Notes: generated from the letters alone by a model not told the origin. Shown: positions 21,154 to 32,755, numbered from the stretch's first letter. The stretch: 64,000 nucleotides of DNA from an uncultured delta proteobacterium (GCA_963804955.1 CAWDSQ010000026.1:32001-96000), one strand, 5' to 3'. Numbers and translations are program-made.

Positions 21154-22515
21154 ATGAGCATTCTTAATGTGTTTAAAAAGAAAAAAGGAGCCTATGCCCG
21201 CGCTGCCGTCATAGGCCTTGACGGCGTTCCGTACCGCATGATCAGCAGCCTGGCGGCACAGGGCGTCATGCCCGTCATGGCAAAACTTCTGGAGGATGGG
21301 TATTGCTGCAAAATGGATTCATCCATGCCACCGGTATCGTCTGTGGCCTGGACCACCTTCATGACCGGCGTGAATCCCGCAAAGCACGGCATATTCGGAT
21401 TCATGGACAGGCGGCGAGAATCCTCTGGCATTTACTTCCCCAATGCCACGCAGATAAAATCACCCGCGCTCTGGGATATACTGACCGGGGCGGGAAAAAC
21501 CACCGTGGCGGTCAATATCCCGCAGACCTATCCGGCGCGCGAAATAAATGGCGTCATGATATCCGGTTTTGTCGCCATTGATCTTGAAAAGGCGGTCTAT
21601 CCACACAAGCTGGTGGAGGCCCTGAAGGCCATGGATTACCGGATAGATGTTGATTACCAGAACGCCGATGAGCGAAAAGAGGCTTTTTTCAAAGACCTGT
21701 TTTACACGCTTAAAAAACGCAGGGAAACATTTCTGTATCTGCTGGATAAAGTTCCGTGGGACCTCTTTATCGGGATTTTTACCGGCACGGACCGGCTCCA
21801 GCATTATTTCTGGGATGATTATGAAAACGCTGATTCCTCCTGGCACCAGACTATCCTCGACTACTACCGCGCGATCGATACGGTCATCGGCGAAATGACT
21901 GAAAAAATGCGCGGCGACACGGCGCTGATGATGCTTTCAGACCATGGATTCGCCCACCTTGAAAAGGAGGTCTTCATCAACACCTGGCTCAGGAAGCAGG
22001 GGTATCTGCAGCTGAAAAACGATTCGCCCAGATCATTTGAAGATATTGATGTAGAGGCAACCAAAGCATTTGCTCTTGATCCGGCCCGCATTTATATAAA
22101 TATCAAAGGCGTCATGCCGCACGGTATTGTCAGCCCCGGCCTTGAATACGAACAGCTCGTCAAGGAACTCACCGACGGGCTGCTTGCGCTTCGCGATGAG
22201 GAAACCGGCAAGCCCCTGATTACCCGCGTTTTCCGAAAAGAAGAACTCTACACAGGCCCGTTTATTAATAAGGCGCCCGATCTCGTACTCTGGAGCGCGC
22301 CAGGCTATGACCTGAAGGGCGCTGTTTCAAAAGACAATCTGCTCGGCAAAGGCAGGTTCACCGGCATGCACACCCAGGAGGACGCTTTTTTCTATTTAAA
22401 AGGGCTCGCGCCACTGAAGGTAAAACCCCACATTCAGGATATTGCCCCCACGCTTCTCAAAATCCTTGGCATACCCGTGCTCCCCGATATGGACGGCAGG
22501 CCTCTGGTTAGATGA
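21154..22515 (+). CDS. Alkaline phosphatase superfamily / type I phosphodiesterase-nucleotide pyrophosphatase
   Basis: IGLDG, PP.S.VAWTTFMTGVNPAKHGIFGF, TDRLQH, SDHGF, GMH, DIAPT. Confidence 0.88.
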   Translation: MSILNVFKKKKGAYARAAVIGLDGVPYRMISSLAAQGVMPVMAKLLEDGYCCKMDSSMPPVSSVAWTTFMTGVNPAKHGIFGFMDRRRESSGIYFPNATQIKSPALWDILTGAGKTTVAVNIPQTYPAREINGVMISGFVAIDLEKAVYPHKLVEALKAMDYRIDVDYQNADERKEAFFKDLFYTLKKRRETFLYLLDKVPWDLFIGIFTGTDRLQHYFWDDYENADSSWHQTILDYYRAIDTVIGEMTEKMRGDTALMMLSDHGFAHLEKEVFINTWLRKQGYLQLKNDSPRSFEDIDVEATKAFALDPARIYINIKGVMPHGIVSPGLEYEQLVKELTDGLLALRDEETGKPLITRVFRKEELYTGPFINKAPDLVLWSAPGYDLKGAVSKDNLLGKGRFTGMHTQEDAFFYLKGLAPLKVKPHIQDIAPTLLKILGIPVLPDMDGRPLVR

Positions 22516-22522
22516 TTCCCAT

Positions 22523-22563
22523 AAAAAAAGAGCCCTGCGCCATCGGCGCCAGGGCTCTTTTTT
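22523..22563. terminator. Bidirectional intrinsic terminator
   Basis: AAAAAAAGAGCCCTG...CAGGGCTCTTTTTT between convergent genes. Confidence 0.85.
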
Positions 22564-22586
22564 CCTAACATTCATCTACCGAGCCA

Positions 22587-23540
22587 TCACGCGGGAACAG
22601 ACTCAAGCTCACCGATCAATTGCCGAAAAATTTCAGCAACCGGCAGTATCTCTTTAATTTTCCAGGCATTGGCCCCGGAAAACACAAGTCCGTTTTCCAC
22701 ATCTCCACGCATCGCCATCATCAGGCGCTCATAAATGCAATACAGCCGCGAACAGGTCTTCAGGCACTGTATCTCGCATCGCTCTCTCTTCAGCGTGCCG
22801 TCTTCAAGTTCCCGGATAAATTTATTGCGGATTGCTCGCCCAGGCATACCAACCGGGCTCGTCATCTCGACAATATCTTCCCTGTTCGAATTCATATACA
22901 TTTGCTTATATGCAAGAGGCGCCGCGCATTCTTCAGAGCACACAAAGCGCGTCGCCATCTGTACGCCATCGGCGCCCATTTTGAGATATTTGGCAATGTC
23001 AAACCCATTCATGATACCGCCCGCCGCAAGCACGGGAATTGTCTTTACTGCCGCACGGACCTCGGGAAATATTTCATCGATTGAACGGTCCGTTCCCAAA
23101 TGACCGCCAGCCTCGGTGCCTTCAACCACTACGGCCCTGGCGCCAAGTCTTTCGGCAAGAAGGCCGGCTCTGGCCGATGATACGATAGAGACAACCTGCG
23201 TTCTGGTGCCCTCAACCATTTTATATACTTCGCGCGAAAAACCGGCACCGGTAAAAATCAAATCAGCTCCTGCATGAATGGATGCTTCGACAATTTCAGC
23301 AAAACGCGTTAAAACATACATAATATTAACAGAGACTATACCCGTAGTAAGCTCCCGGCATTTCCTGATTTCAGCAATCAGCGATTCAGCATCAATCGCG
23401 GAGGCCCCGATCACGCCGATACCACCGGCATTGGAAACAGCTGCTGCAAGGGCCGCCATTGAGTTGCGAACGGACATACCTCCCTGCACAATCGGTATGC
23501 GCGCTGTGTACGGGCCTATTTTAAGTTCTTTAAAATTCAT
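22587..23540 (-). CDS. Nitronate monooxygenase / FabK-FabX family flavoprotein
   Basis: PIVQGGM, GAGF, EG.EAGGHLG, AAGGI, GVQMATRF, SPVGMPGRA, C-terminal CxxxCxxxC..YC; directly downstream of fabF. Confidence 0.85.
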   Translation of the reverse strand: MNFKELKIGPYTARIPIVQGGMSVRNSMAALAAAVSNAGGIGVIGASAIDAESLIAEIRKCRELTTGIVSVNIMYVLTRFAEIVEASIHAGADLIFTGAGFSREVYKMVEGTRTQVVSIVSSARAGLLAERLGARAVVVEGTEAGGHLGTDRSIDEIFPEVRAAVKTIPVLAAGGIMNGFDIAKYLKMGADGVQMATRFVCSEECAAPLAYKQMYMNSNREDIVEMTSPVGMPGRAIRNKFIRELEDGTLKRERCEIQCLKTCSRLYCIYERLMMAMRGDVENGLVFSGANAWKIKEILPVAEIFRQLIGELESVPA

Positions 23541-23642
23541 GCTTAACTCCATTGATCATCCATCACTTTCGGAACAGACTTTACAGGTTTTATGCCTGTC
23601 AATTAAAGACGCCGACTAGCCTATTCTATCACAAAGCAACAA

Positions 23643-24894
23643 TTATACCTCAAATTTCCTGAAAAGCAAGGTTGCATTGGTGCCGCCGAAACCGAAGGAA
23701 TTGCTCATGGCCACCTTGATGGCTTTTTCACGGGCCACATTAGGCACATAGTCAAGATCGCACTCGGGGTCCTGATTGTCATAGTTGATTGTCGGCGGCA
23801 GCACGCCGTTTTGCAGGGCAAGCACGCTGAAAATCGCCTCAACGCCGCCCGCCGCACCCAGCATATGCCCGGTCATGGACTTGGTGGAGCTGACAGCAGC
23901 CTTTTTTGCACAGTCCTTCAAAACCGTCTTCATGGCCTGTGTCTCGGCCAAATCATTTGCGGGTGTTGAGGTGCCGTGAGCGTTAATGTAATCAATCTGG
24001 TCATAGGTCAGCCCGGCATCTTTTAACGCAAGGTTCATGCAGCGGGCAGCCCCCTCGCCGCCCGGAGACGGTGAGGTGATATGATAGGCATCCCCATTGC
24101 AGCCGAAACCGGCCATTTCCGCATAGATCCGCGCACCCCGCTTCTTTGCATGTTCAAGCTCTTCAAGCACCACTATGCCGGCGCCTTCTGCAATCACAAA
24201 GCCGTCCCGGTCACGCTCAAAGGGGCGGCTTGCCCGTGCCGGCTCATGGTTATGCGTGGCTGAGAGGGCCTTCATGGCGCTGAAGCCGCCGATGCCAAGA
24301 GGGGAAATGGTCGATTCGGCTCCGCCGGTAATCATGGCATCGGCATCGCCGCGCTGGATTATCCTGAAGGCCGTTCCGATAGAATGGTTTGAGGTCGCGC
24401 ATGCCGTTACCGCGCTGCTGTTAGGCCCCTTGCACCCGAAATACATGGAAATATGTCCCGGCGCAAGGTTGATGATAAGCATGGGTATAAAAAAGGGCGA
24501 TATCTTTTTCGATCCGCTCTTGAGATAAATCTCGTGATATTTCTCTATAGTCGACAAGACCGCCGATTGCAGCCCCCACAAGCACGCCCACACGCTCAGC
24601 ATTGCGTTCGGTTATTTCGAGGCCCGAGCTCTTCATCGCCATTTTGCCTGCGGCAAGGGTATAGTGAAGAAAGATATCCATCTTCTTTATTTCTTTTTTA
24701 TCCTCGATATAATCATCCGGGTTGAAGTTTTTCACCTCGCCGGCGATTTTAACGGGGAAATCAGAGGCATCAAACCGGGTAATGCAGCCGATTCCAGAAC
24801 GGCCGTTTGTGGCTGCTTCCCAGTTCGCCTCAACGCCGATCCCCAGCGGACTGAGCATGCCGAGGCCGGTTACCACTACTCTTCGCTTTTCCAA
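23643..24894 (-). CDS. fabF: Beta-ketoacyl-ACP synthase II (frameshift near 24570)
   Basis: [44 protein letters not shown]. Confidence 0.96.
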
Positions 24895-24917
24895 TGCTTG
24901 TATCTCCTTCAAGGGTA

Positions 24918-25160
24918 TTACTGCTTGTGCGCCTTGATATAATCGATGGCATCCTTTACTGTCTGAATCTTCTCGGCCGCTTCATCGGGAATCTCCTGGC
25001 CGAATTTCTCTTCAAACACCATGATGAGCTCAACCAGGTCAAGGGAGTCGGCACCCAGATCATCAACAAATGAAGCCTCGGGTACAACTTCTTCTGCGCT
25101 TACCGAAAGCTGCTCGACGATAATTTCCTTTACCAGGTCTTCAATGGTTTTATCTGCCAT
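24918..25160 (-). CDS. acpP: Acyl carrier protein
   Basis: [12 protein letters not shown] motif, acidic 80-aa protein. Confidence 0.97.
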   Translation of the reverse strand: MADKTIEDLVKEIIVEQLSVSAEEVVPEASFVDDLGADSLDLVELIMVFEEKFGQEIPDEAAEKIQTVKDAIDYIKAHKQ

Positions 25161-25236
25161 GGGACTAATCTCCTTGTGTTCGTAATTACTCTTGTTTAAC
25201 ACCGTTCACTAGTAAAAGGTGCGCTGACCAGATACA

Positions 25237-26405
25237 TCAATCTATCTTATGCCCGGCTGCTTCCTTGATAAGATGCTGACCGATGACGGTGCGCTGAATC
25301 TGATTGGCGCCCTCATAGATCTGCAGAATCTTGGCGTCGCGCATCATCTTCTCAACCGGATACTCGCGCATGTAGCCGTAGCCGCCGAATATCTGCACGG
25401 CATCGGTGGTGACGCGCATGCACATATCGGTTGCAAACAGCTTTGCCATGGATGAATACTTCGACATGTCCTTGGCCCCAGAATCAGCATAGCGGGCGGC
25501 CTGATAGGTAAGAGCGCGGGCGGCCTCGATCTCGGTTGCCATATTGGCCAGCATATGCTGCACAGCCTGATGGGAGATGATTGACTTGCCGAAGGTGACG
25601 CGCTCATAGGCATATTTGATCGACTCATTGAGCGCGCCGGTTGCAAGGCCGACGGCCTGAATTGCAATGCCGGAGCGCGTCATGTCAAAAGTCCGCATGG
25701 CTACCATAAAGCCCATGCCCTCCTTGCCGAGCATCATGTCCTTTGCTGACCTTACAGTCTTCAAACACCAGCTCGCGCGTTGCCGATGCCCGGATGCCGA
25801 GCTTCTTTTCCTTCTTGCCGAAGGTAAATCCCGGGCTGGCCCTTTTCAAGAATAAAGGCGCTTGCGCCGCGGGGGCCCTTTGAGGGATCGGTCTTGGCGA
25901 CCACAGAATAGGTTTCTGCCTCGCCGCCATTGGTGATCCACTGCTTCACGCCATTGAGAACATAAAAGCCGTCTTCTTTTTTGGCTGTCGTGCGGATATT
26001 GGCCGCATCGCTGCCGGCGCCTGACTCGGTGATGCCGAAGGCAGCAAGCTTTTTGCCAGAGGCGATATCGGGCAGGTATTTCAGCTTCTGCTCATGGCTG
26101 CCGAACAGCAGAATCGGATAGGCGCCAAGGCCGCTTGCGGCAAAGCTCAGAGAAATGCCGATACAGTACTTGCTGAGCTCTTCAATGACAAGAACATTTT
26201 CAAAGCTCTCGAAGCCCATGCCGCCGTACTCTTCGGGAATATAAATACCGAACAGGCCGGCATCAGCCAGCACCTTCATGACGCTCCAGGGAAACTCCTC
26301 CTTCTCGTCAAGCTCGGCACGCACGGGGATAATCTTTTCCCTGGCTATCTTGCGCGCCAGCGCAACCATCTGCATTTGCATGTCGTTTAATCCATAATCA
26401 AGCAT
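25237..26405 (-). CDS. Acyl-CoA dehydrogenase (frameshifts near 25760 and 25830)
   Basis: [53 protein letters not shown]...RDAKI.QIYEG. Confidence 0.93.
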
Positions 26406-26568
26406 AGTTTTTAACCTTTCATGTTCTCTGTCGATTTACAATGAAATAGCGCCAAGGCCCGGTTGACTCCGGCTAGTAACGCATGATGAAAAAAAACATC
26501 GTTCCTCCTGCTGAAGCGTTTTTCCCCGGCAGACAATGATCCGCGCCGAAGCTTCAGCTCACATTTCA

Positions 26569-26604
26569 AAAAAAGAGCCCTGCCGCAGCAACATGCAGGG
26601 CTCT
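26569..26604 (-). terminator. Intrinsic terminator after the purF-like gene
   Basis: AGAGCCCTGC...GCAGGGCTCT with an A-run on the left (U-tract on the minus strand). Confidence 0.7.
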
Positions 26605-26622
26605 ATTCCATCAAAAAACCCA

Positions 26623-28029
26623 TCAGGCTTGTTGCGGAAACTGCCCGGTCCAGCAGTACAGGCACAAGCTCTTCCCGCGGAAGTCCAATGGCTGCCACCA
26701 TATCATCAACGGTCTGAAACCGCAGGGTCGTAACGCCGAGATCCTTTGCTATAAAATCGATCATGCGCTGATGCTGCGGGGTTGTATGATCCAGATACGG
26801 GGTGAGATCCGGATGCTCCGTTCCCTCAAGCTCTATGATAGCTCTGCGGGCTGCCAACTCGTAAATGGACCTGGTGGAAAAAATAAACTTGCAGGGAAAC
26901 ATCAGGGGCGGGCAGGCAAGCCGCACATGCGTTTCCTTTGCCCCGTTCTGCAGCAGCTTTTTGATGGTGAAATTTTTCAGCTGCGTGCCGCGCACCAGAG
27001 AATCGTCGCAGACGATAATGCGCTGGCCTTCGATGATCTCACGAACCGGGATGAGCTTCATTTTGGCAATCAGATCGCGCGTTTCCTGCGACGGCGGCGT
27101 ATAGCTTCTGCCATAGCCGGGAGTATATTTTATAAGCGGCCGCCGGAAAGGCTTTCCCGATTCCATGGCATAGCCCACGGCATGAGCCGTTCCTGAATCG
27201 GGAACGCCGGACACGACATCAACTTCGATATCCTTGTCGCGCTTTGCCAGATACCGGCCGCAGCGCTCCCGCACGATTTCGACATTCATGCCGTCAAAAT
27301 TAGTCGTCGGGAACCCGTATATATCCACATAAACGAGCAGCTCTGCTTGGGCCTCGCGGGGGCCTTGATCTGCTGTATGCCCCGCTCGCTCAGCAGCACG
27401 ATCTCGCCCGCGTCCAGATAGCGCACCACTTCAAAATCACTGTTCACGAACGCGCTGGTCTCGGTCGTTACCGCCCAGTCATTGCCGCGTTTGCCCACGG
27501 CAAGCATGGTGTAGCCGTGGCGGTCGCGCGCGGCATATACGCCGTCTTTATTGAGTATCAAAAGCGATGTGGCGCCCTCAATGGCGTTGAACATCTTCTG
27601 GATGCCATCAATAAAATCATCGCCCTGCGTAATGAGCTTTGCGATAAGCTCGGTAAGGTTGAACCCCTTTCGGCTCACTTCGCTGAAAGAAATGTCTTTC
27701 TCCATGAGCCCGCGGGCAAGAGCGTTGCTGTTTTCTATAAAGCCGTCGGTGGCTATGCAGAACTGGCCGAACTTGGAATTCTGGTAAATGGGCTGCTCGT
27801 CGATGCCGCTGATGACGCCGATACCCTTGTTGCCCTTGAACAGCTTATAGTCATCTGCAAATTTAGACTTAAACTGGCTTTGGCCGATATTATGGATACA
27901 GCGCGTAAATGTTTCTCCGAGCACTGCCATACCGCCGAACTCGGTGCCGAGATGCGTGTGGTAATCGACGCCGTAAAACAGATCAGAAATACATTCCCCC
28001 TGGGTAACAACACCGAACATGCCGCTCAT
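26623..28029 (-). CDS. purF: Amidophosphoribosyltransferase-like protein with N-terminal Ser instead of Cys (two frameshifts)
   Basis: Ntn domain MSGMFG...ARDRHG; PRTase domain GVPDSG, IIVCDDSLVRGTQ, RLACPP; C-terminal CLYCWTG in a shifted frame. Confidence 0.85.
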
Positions 28030-28050
28030 TTATTAATCTCCTTGTACGTT

Positions 28051-28340
28051 TAGAATTCAGAAGTCAGTAGCCAGAATTCAGAAGTCTGAATGCCGGTATT
28101 GCACACCTATACCTTCATTGCGCAATCCGTGCGAAGCATTCCCTAAAGGGAACCAATCAGCTATCCGGATTTTTGAAATAGCAATCAACTCCTGCATAAC
28201 AGCTAATCCTGCAGTTGAAAAGATTCCGGACAAGCCGGAATGACAAATTAATTTAGCATTTTTCTTACTCGTAAGGGCACGGCACGCCGTGCCCTTACGA
28301 ACAGTCTGTTTTGTATTCAGAATTCTGGCTTCTGAATTCT
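28051..28340. repeat. Inverted heptamer arrays enclosing REP-like hairpins in the carB-purF spacer
   Basis: AGAATTC/AGAAGTC runs at left, complementary runs at right; GTAAGGGCACGGCACGCCGTGCCCTTAC at 28271-28298; ATTCCGGACAAGCCGGAATGACA near 28222-28244. Confidence 0.75.
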
Positions 28341-28359
28341 GTTCTTTTTTAATCCAAAA

Positions 28360-31300
28360 TCAGATAATTTCCGCATGATACTGCTGCAGGGATTTTACTT
28401 CACCATAGCCCTTGCGGAAAGCCGCAATACCCTTGGCAGCGGCAATCGCTGCGGCCGTGGTGGTGACATACGGTATTTTGTTTTTTATGGCTGCTTTGCG
28501 AATAAAGGAATCATCCTGTTTGCTCAGCCGTCCTGAGGGCGTATTGATGATAAGCTGAATCTCGCCATTGGCAATGCTGTCTGCAATATTGGGACGGCCC
28601 TCATGCACCTTGAGAATTTTTTCTGTTTTGATCCCGCAGTTTTCAAGAAAAGCATTGGTGCCGCCGGTAGTCTTGATGGTAAAGCCAAGCTCGGCAAACT
28701 CGCGGGCAACCTCAACCGCATCCTCCTTGTCATGGTCGGCAACAGTGATCAGCACGGTGCCTTTCGCGGGCAGGGTCTGCTGGGCGGCTTCCTGGGCCTT
28801 GTAAAATGCCAGGCCATAGGAATCAGCCATGCCGAGAACCTCGCCGGTTGAGCGCATTTCCGGCCCGAGCACCGGATCGACCTCCGGAAACATATTGAAC
28901 GGAAAAACCGCTTCCTTGACGCCGAAATGCGAAAAGGCGCCATGCTTCAGCTTCAGCGATGAAAGCTTTTTGCCGAGCATAAGCTGCATGGCAATGCGCG
29001 CCATGGGAATATTGCAGACCTTGGATACCAGGGGCACGGTCCGCGAAGCGCGCGGGTTTGCCTCAAGGATATAGACCGTATCGCCGGCAATGGCGTACTG
29101 GATATTGATAAGCCCCACAACGCCCATTTCTATGGCGATCCGGCGGGTGTACTCGGTAATGGTCTTAATATGGCTGCCGGCAATACTCACCGGCGGGATA
29201 ACGCAGGCCGAGTCTCCGGAGTGAATGCCGGCCAGTTCGATATGCTCCATCACGGCCGGCACAAAAGCATCGGTTCCGTCTGACAGCGCGTCGGCTTCGC
29301 ACTCGATGGCATTCTGCAAAAACCGGTCTATGAGAATAGGCCTCTCGGGCGCCACATCAACGGCCGCTGTCACATAGCGCCGCAGCATCTCTTCATCATA
29401 CACCACCTCCATTGCCCGGCCCCCCAGCACATAGGAAGGCCGCACCATCAGCGGATAGCCTATTTTTTTCGCAATCGCAAGAGCCTGCTCGAGCGTGCTT
29501 GCCATGCCCGACTCGGGCTGGGGAATCTTCAGCTTCTGCATTATCTGCCTGAACCGGTCGCGGTCCTCGGCAAGATCGATCACATCGGGCGATGTGCCAA
29601 GTATCTTTACCCCGCACTTCTCAAGATCGGCCGCAATATTGAGCGGCGTCTGGCCGCCGAACTGCACCACAATGCCCTCGGGCTTTTCCCGCTCATAAAT
29701 ACTGAAAACATCCTCAACCGTCAGCGGTTCGAAATAGAGCTTGTTTGAAGTGTCATAATCCGTTGAAACGGTTTCGGGGTTGCAGTTGACCATGATCGAC
29801 TCGAATCCCTCGTCCCGCAGGGCGAATGCCGCATGCACGGCGCAGTAGTCGAACTCTATGCCCTGGCCGATGCGGTTCGGACCGCCCCCGAGCACCATGA
29901 TTTTACGGTTCGGGCTGATCGGGTTGTTATCCGACTTGTGATAATTCGAAAAATAATAGGCGGCATTCTCCACACCGCTCACGCGCACGGCTTCCCATGA
30001 TTCCGCCATACCCAGACCCAGGCGCTGATCGCGAATTGTTTTTTCCGGCACCTCAAGAATGCGGGCAAGATAGCGGTCGGCAAAGCCGTCTTTTTTGGCC
30101 TGTATAAGCAGATCATTGGGTACCTGTTTGCCCTTATAGGCCAGAACTTTCTCCTCAAGCTCAACCAGCTCCTTCATCTGCTGGATAAACCACGCCTTGA
30201 TATAGGTCTTTTCATGCAACTCCTCCACGCCGGCCCCCTTGCGCAGGGCCTCGTACATAATGAACTGGCGCTCGCTGGTTGGCGTTGCAACCATGCTCAT
30301 GAGCTCCTCAAGGGATCGTTTATTGAAATCCTTTGCAAACCCGAGACCGTGGCGGCCTGTTTCAAGGGAGCGGATGGCCTTCTGAAACCCTTCCTTGTAA
30401 TTTTTACCAATGCTCATCACCTCCCCCACGGCGCGCATCTGCGTGCCGAGCAGATCAATAACACCGGGGAACTTTTCGAAAGCCCAGCGGCAGAACTTCA
30501 CCACCACATACTCTCCCGAGGGGGAATACTTTTCAAGTGTTCCGTCGCGCCAGTAGGGAATTTCGTCCATGGTGAGGCCGCCGGCAAGCAGCGATGAAAC
30601 AAGAGCAATGGGGAAGCCTGTCGCCTTTGAGGCCAGGGCTGATGAGCGCGATGTGCGCGGATTTATCTCGATCACCACAATACGGCCGGTTTCCGGATTA
30701 TGGGCAAACTGCACATTGGTTCCGCCGATGACGCCGATGGCCTCGACGATATCGTATGAGTGCTTCTGCAGGCGAGCCTGCAGTTCGGGTGTTATGGTGA
30801 GCATGGGCGCAACGCAGTAGGAATCGCCCGTATGCACGCCCATGGCATCAACATTTTCAATAAAGCACACAGTGATTTTCTGGTTTTTGGCGTCGCGCAC
30901 AACCTCAAGCTCAAGCTCTTCCCACCCGAGAACCGACTCCTCGATCAAAATCTGCCCGATGCGGCTGGCCGATATACCGCGGCTGGCAACCACCCGCAGT
31001 TCATCGAGATTATACACAAGGCCGCCTCCCGTACCGCCCATGGTATAGGCAGGCCGCACCACCACCGGATAGCCCAGGCGGGCAGCAACTTTTTCAGCGT
31101 CTTCCACGCTGTACACGGCTTCGCTTTCGGGCATGTCGATCCCGAGGCGGTTCATGGTTTCCTTGAAGGCAATGCGGTCTTCACCGCGCTCGATAGCGTC
31201 AAGGTTCACGCCGATCACCTTCACCCCGTATTTATCAAGCACGCCCATCTTGTTGAGCTCGGAGGAAAGGTTCAGCCCCGTCTGCCCGCCCAGATTCGGC

Positions 31301-31560
31301 AGCAGCGCATCAGGCCGCTCTTTAGCGATGATTTTTTCCAGCACATGCACATTGAGCGGCTCGATATAGGTCCGGTCAGCCATGCCGGGGTCAGTCATGA
31401 TGGTTGCGGGGTTTGAGTTCACAAGCACGATTTCATACCCGAGTTGCCGCAGGGCCTTGCAGGCCTGGGTTCCCGAATAGTCGAACTCACAGGCCTGGCC
31501 GATCACGATGGGGCCCGAGCCTATAATCATCACTTTTTTAATGTCCTGGCGCTTTGGCAT
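28360..31560 (-). CDS. carB: Carbamoyl-phosphate synthase large subunit
   Basis: MPKRQDIKKVMIIGSGPIVIGQACEFDYSG, two ATP-grasp halves, GGGPNRIGQGIEFDY, C-terminal MGS domain. Confidence 0.98.
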   Translation of the reverse strand: MPKRQDIKKVMIIGSGPIVIGQACEFDYSGTQACKALRQLGYEIVLVNSNPATIMTDPGMADRTYIEPLNVHVLEKIIAKERPDALLPNLGGQTGLNLSSELNKMGVLDKYGVKVIGVNLDAIERGEDRIAFKETMNRLGIDMPESEAVYSVEDAEKVAARLGYPVVVRPAYTMGGTGGGLVYNLDELRVVASRGISASRIGQILIEESVLGWEELELEVVRDAKNQKITVCFIENVDAMGVHTGDSYCVAPMLTITPELQARLQKHSYDIVEAIGVIGGTNVQFAHNPETGRIVVIEINPRTSRSSALASKATGFPIALVSSLLAGGLTMDEIPYWRDGTLEKYSPSGEYVVVKFCRWAFEKFPGVIDLLGTQMRAVGEVMSIGKNYKEGFQKAIRSLETGRHGLGFAKDFNKRSLEELMSMVATPTSERQFIMYEALRKGAGVEELHEKTYIKAWFIQQMKELVELEEKVLAYKGKQVPNDLLIQAKKDGFADRYLARILEVPEKTIRDQRLGLGMAESWEAVRVSGVENAAYYFSNYHKSDNNPISPNRKIMVLGGGPNRIGQGIEFDYCAVHAAFALRDEGFESIMVNCNPETVSTDYDTSNKLYFEPLTVEDVFSIYEREKPEGIVVQFGGQTPLNIAADLEKCGVKILGTSPDVIDLAEDRDRFRQIMQKLKIPQPESGMASTLEQALAIAKKIGYPLMVRPSYVLGGRAMEVVYDEEMLRRYVTAAVDVAPERPILIDRFLQNAIECEADALSDGTDAFVPAVMEHIELAGIHSGDSACVIPPVSIAGSHIKTITEYTRRIAIEMGVVGLINIQYAIAGDTVYILEANPRASRTVPLVSKVCNIPMARIAMQLMLGKKLSSLKLKHGAFSHFGVKEAVFPFNMFPEVDPVLGPEMRSTGEVLGMADSYGLAFYKAQEAAQQTLPAKGTVLITVADHDKEDAVEVAREFAELGFTIKTTGGTNAFLENCGIKTEKILKVHEGRPNIADSIANGEIQLIINTPSGRLSKQDDSFIRKAAIKNKIPYVTTTAAAIAAAKGIAAFRKGYGEVKSLQQYHAEII

Positions 31561-31956
31561 GTGCTGATCTCCTTTACTGTACGATGAGGTTACCATTACT
31601 TTAAAAATTGAAGGTGTAGTTCTAGCACAAAACGTTCTATAAAACAATTTTTCCGGCAAAAATTATGTTTCATGCAAAAAACATCAGGCACGGCAAACAC
31701 CAGATATGCTTGTCATGCACACAACAACCCCATGAAAAAACTTAAAAAAACAGTCCTGCGCTATATATGCAGCCTGTTTGACAATCAGATTTTGCGGCAT
31801 TCACTTGCCGATGGGTAACTGCCAAACACCGGGCGCGACGACCGCGCCCTACGCTCCTGATCCCGGATCCCCGACACCTGAACCCTGACCCGGAACTCTT
31901 AAGCCATGCCGCTTGCATTCCCCCTTCGCATGCTTTAAACTAAAGGTTATTTAGAA

Positions 31957-32112
31957 AAGAAGCCAGAATTCAGCAGTCTGAATTCAGAATAGAAAACACA
32001 TTGGCTTCAAAGAGTTTACTTGCTTCTTTCTCACAAAAAATAAACTGGGACGTTTGTAGTATCTATTTTTTCTATTGAATTCCGAATTCCGGCTTCTGGA
32101 TTCTTGACTTCT
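31957..32112. repeat. Inverted heptamer arrays
   Basis: AGAAGCCAGAATTCAGCAGTCTGAATTCAGAAT ... ATTCCGAATTCCGGCTTCTGGATTCTTGACTTCT. Confidence 0.7.
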
Positions 32113-32157
32113 TGTTTTTATGCCCTACAGCATTTTTGCCAGAAAGCAAACTATACT

Positions 32158-32661
32158 ATGAAAAAAAATCCTCATATTCGTTTAGCCTATTACCTGCTGA
32201 TCTGCGTGCTGGTTCTTACGGCAGGCTGCATACGAACCGTGGTGCGCCTGGATATGGACACCTATCTGCAGAAGCAGGCGTCCTATGACGGGCAGGACAT
32301 TGTCATCACCGCCACGCTTTCCGACGTGCTTGCACGCTACAGCCTGTATGAAGGAAAAAAAATTGAAGTAACAGCCCCTGTTGCCTGGTATAAATCCTAT
32401 GGTTTCTGGACATGGCACCTGCTGCTTGTGGAAAACAGCGGCAGCCTTCGCGGCTATACGCATTATTACCGCATCGAGCCGGGCTGGGACGCGGTCAACC
32501 TGCTGGACCGCGCCATACACGGTAAAAGACCGGTGACCGTGCTTGGGATATTAAGAAAGGACGGGCTTGATCTTCAGCGGCTTACCTGCGACAATGAAAG
32601 CGCCACCACAAGCTTCAAACCGCCGCGGCCCGGAATCGGCTGGTGGCTGCCGCGCTGGTAA
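32158..32661 (+). CDS. Hypothetical lipoprotein
   Basis: Signal MKKNPHIR-hydrophobic-LTAGC lipobox. Confidence 0.65.
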   Translation: MKKNPHIRLAYYLLICVLVLTAGCIRTVVRLDMDTYLQKQASYDGQDIVITATLSDVLARYSLYEGKKIEVTAPVAWYKSYGFWTWHLLLVENSGSLRGYTHYYRIEPGWDAVNLLDRAIHGKRPVTVLGILRKDGLDLQRLTCDNESATTSFKPPRPGIGWWLPRW

Positions 32662-32755
32662 AAAATCTGTGTAAACTAAAGAGGCCGATACCTTTGCAGG
32701 ATCGGCCTTCACTGTATAAACCTCAATTAAAACAGGTCTTGTTTGAACGCCCCTC

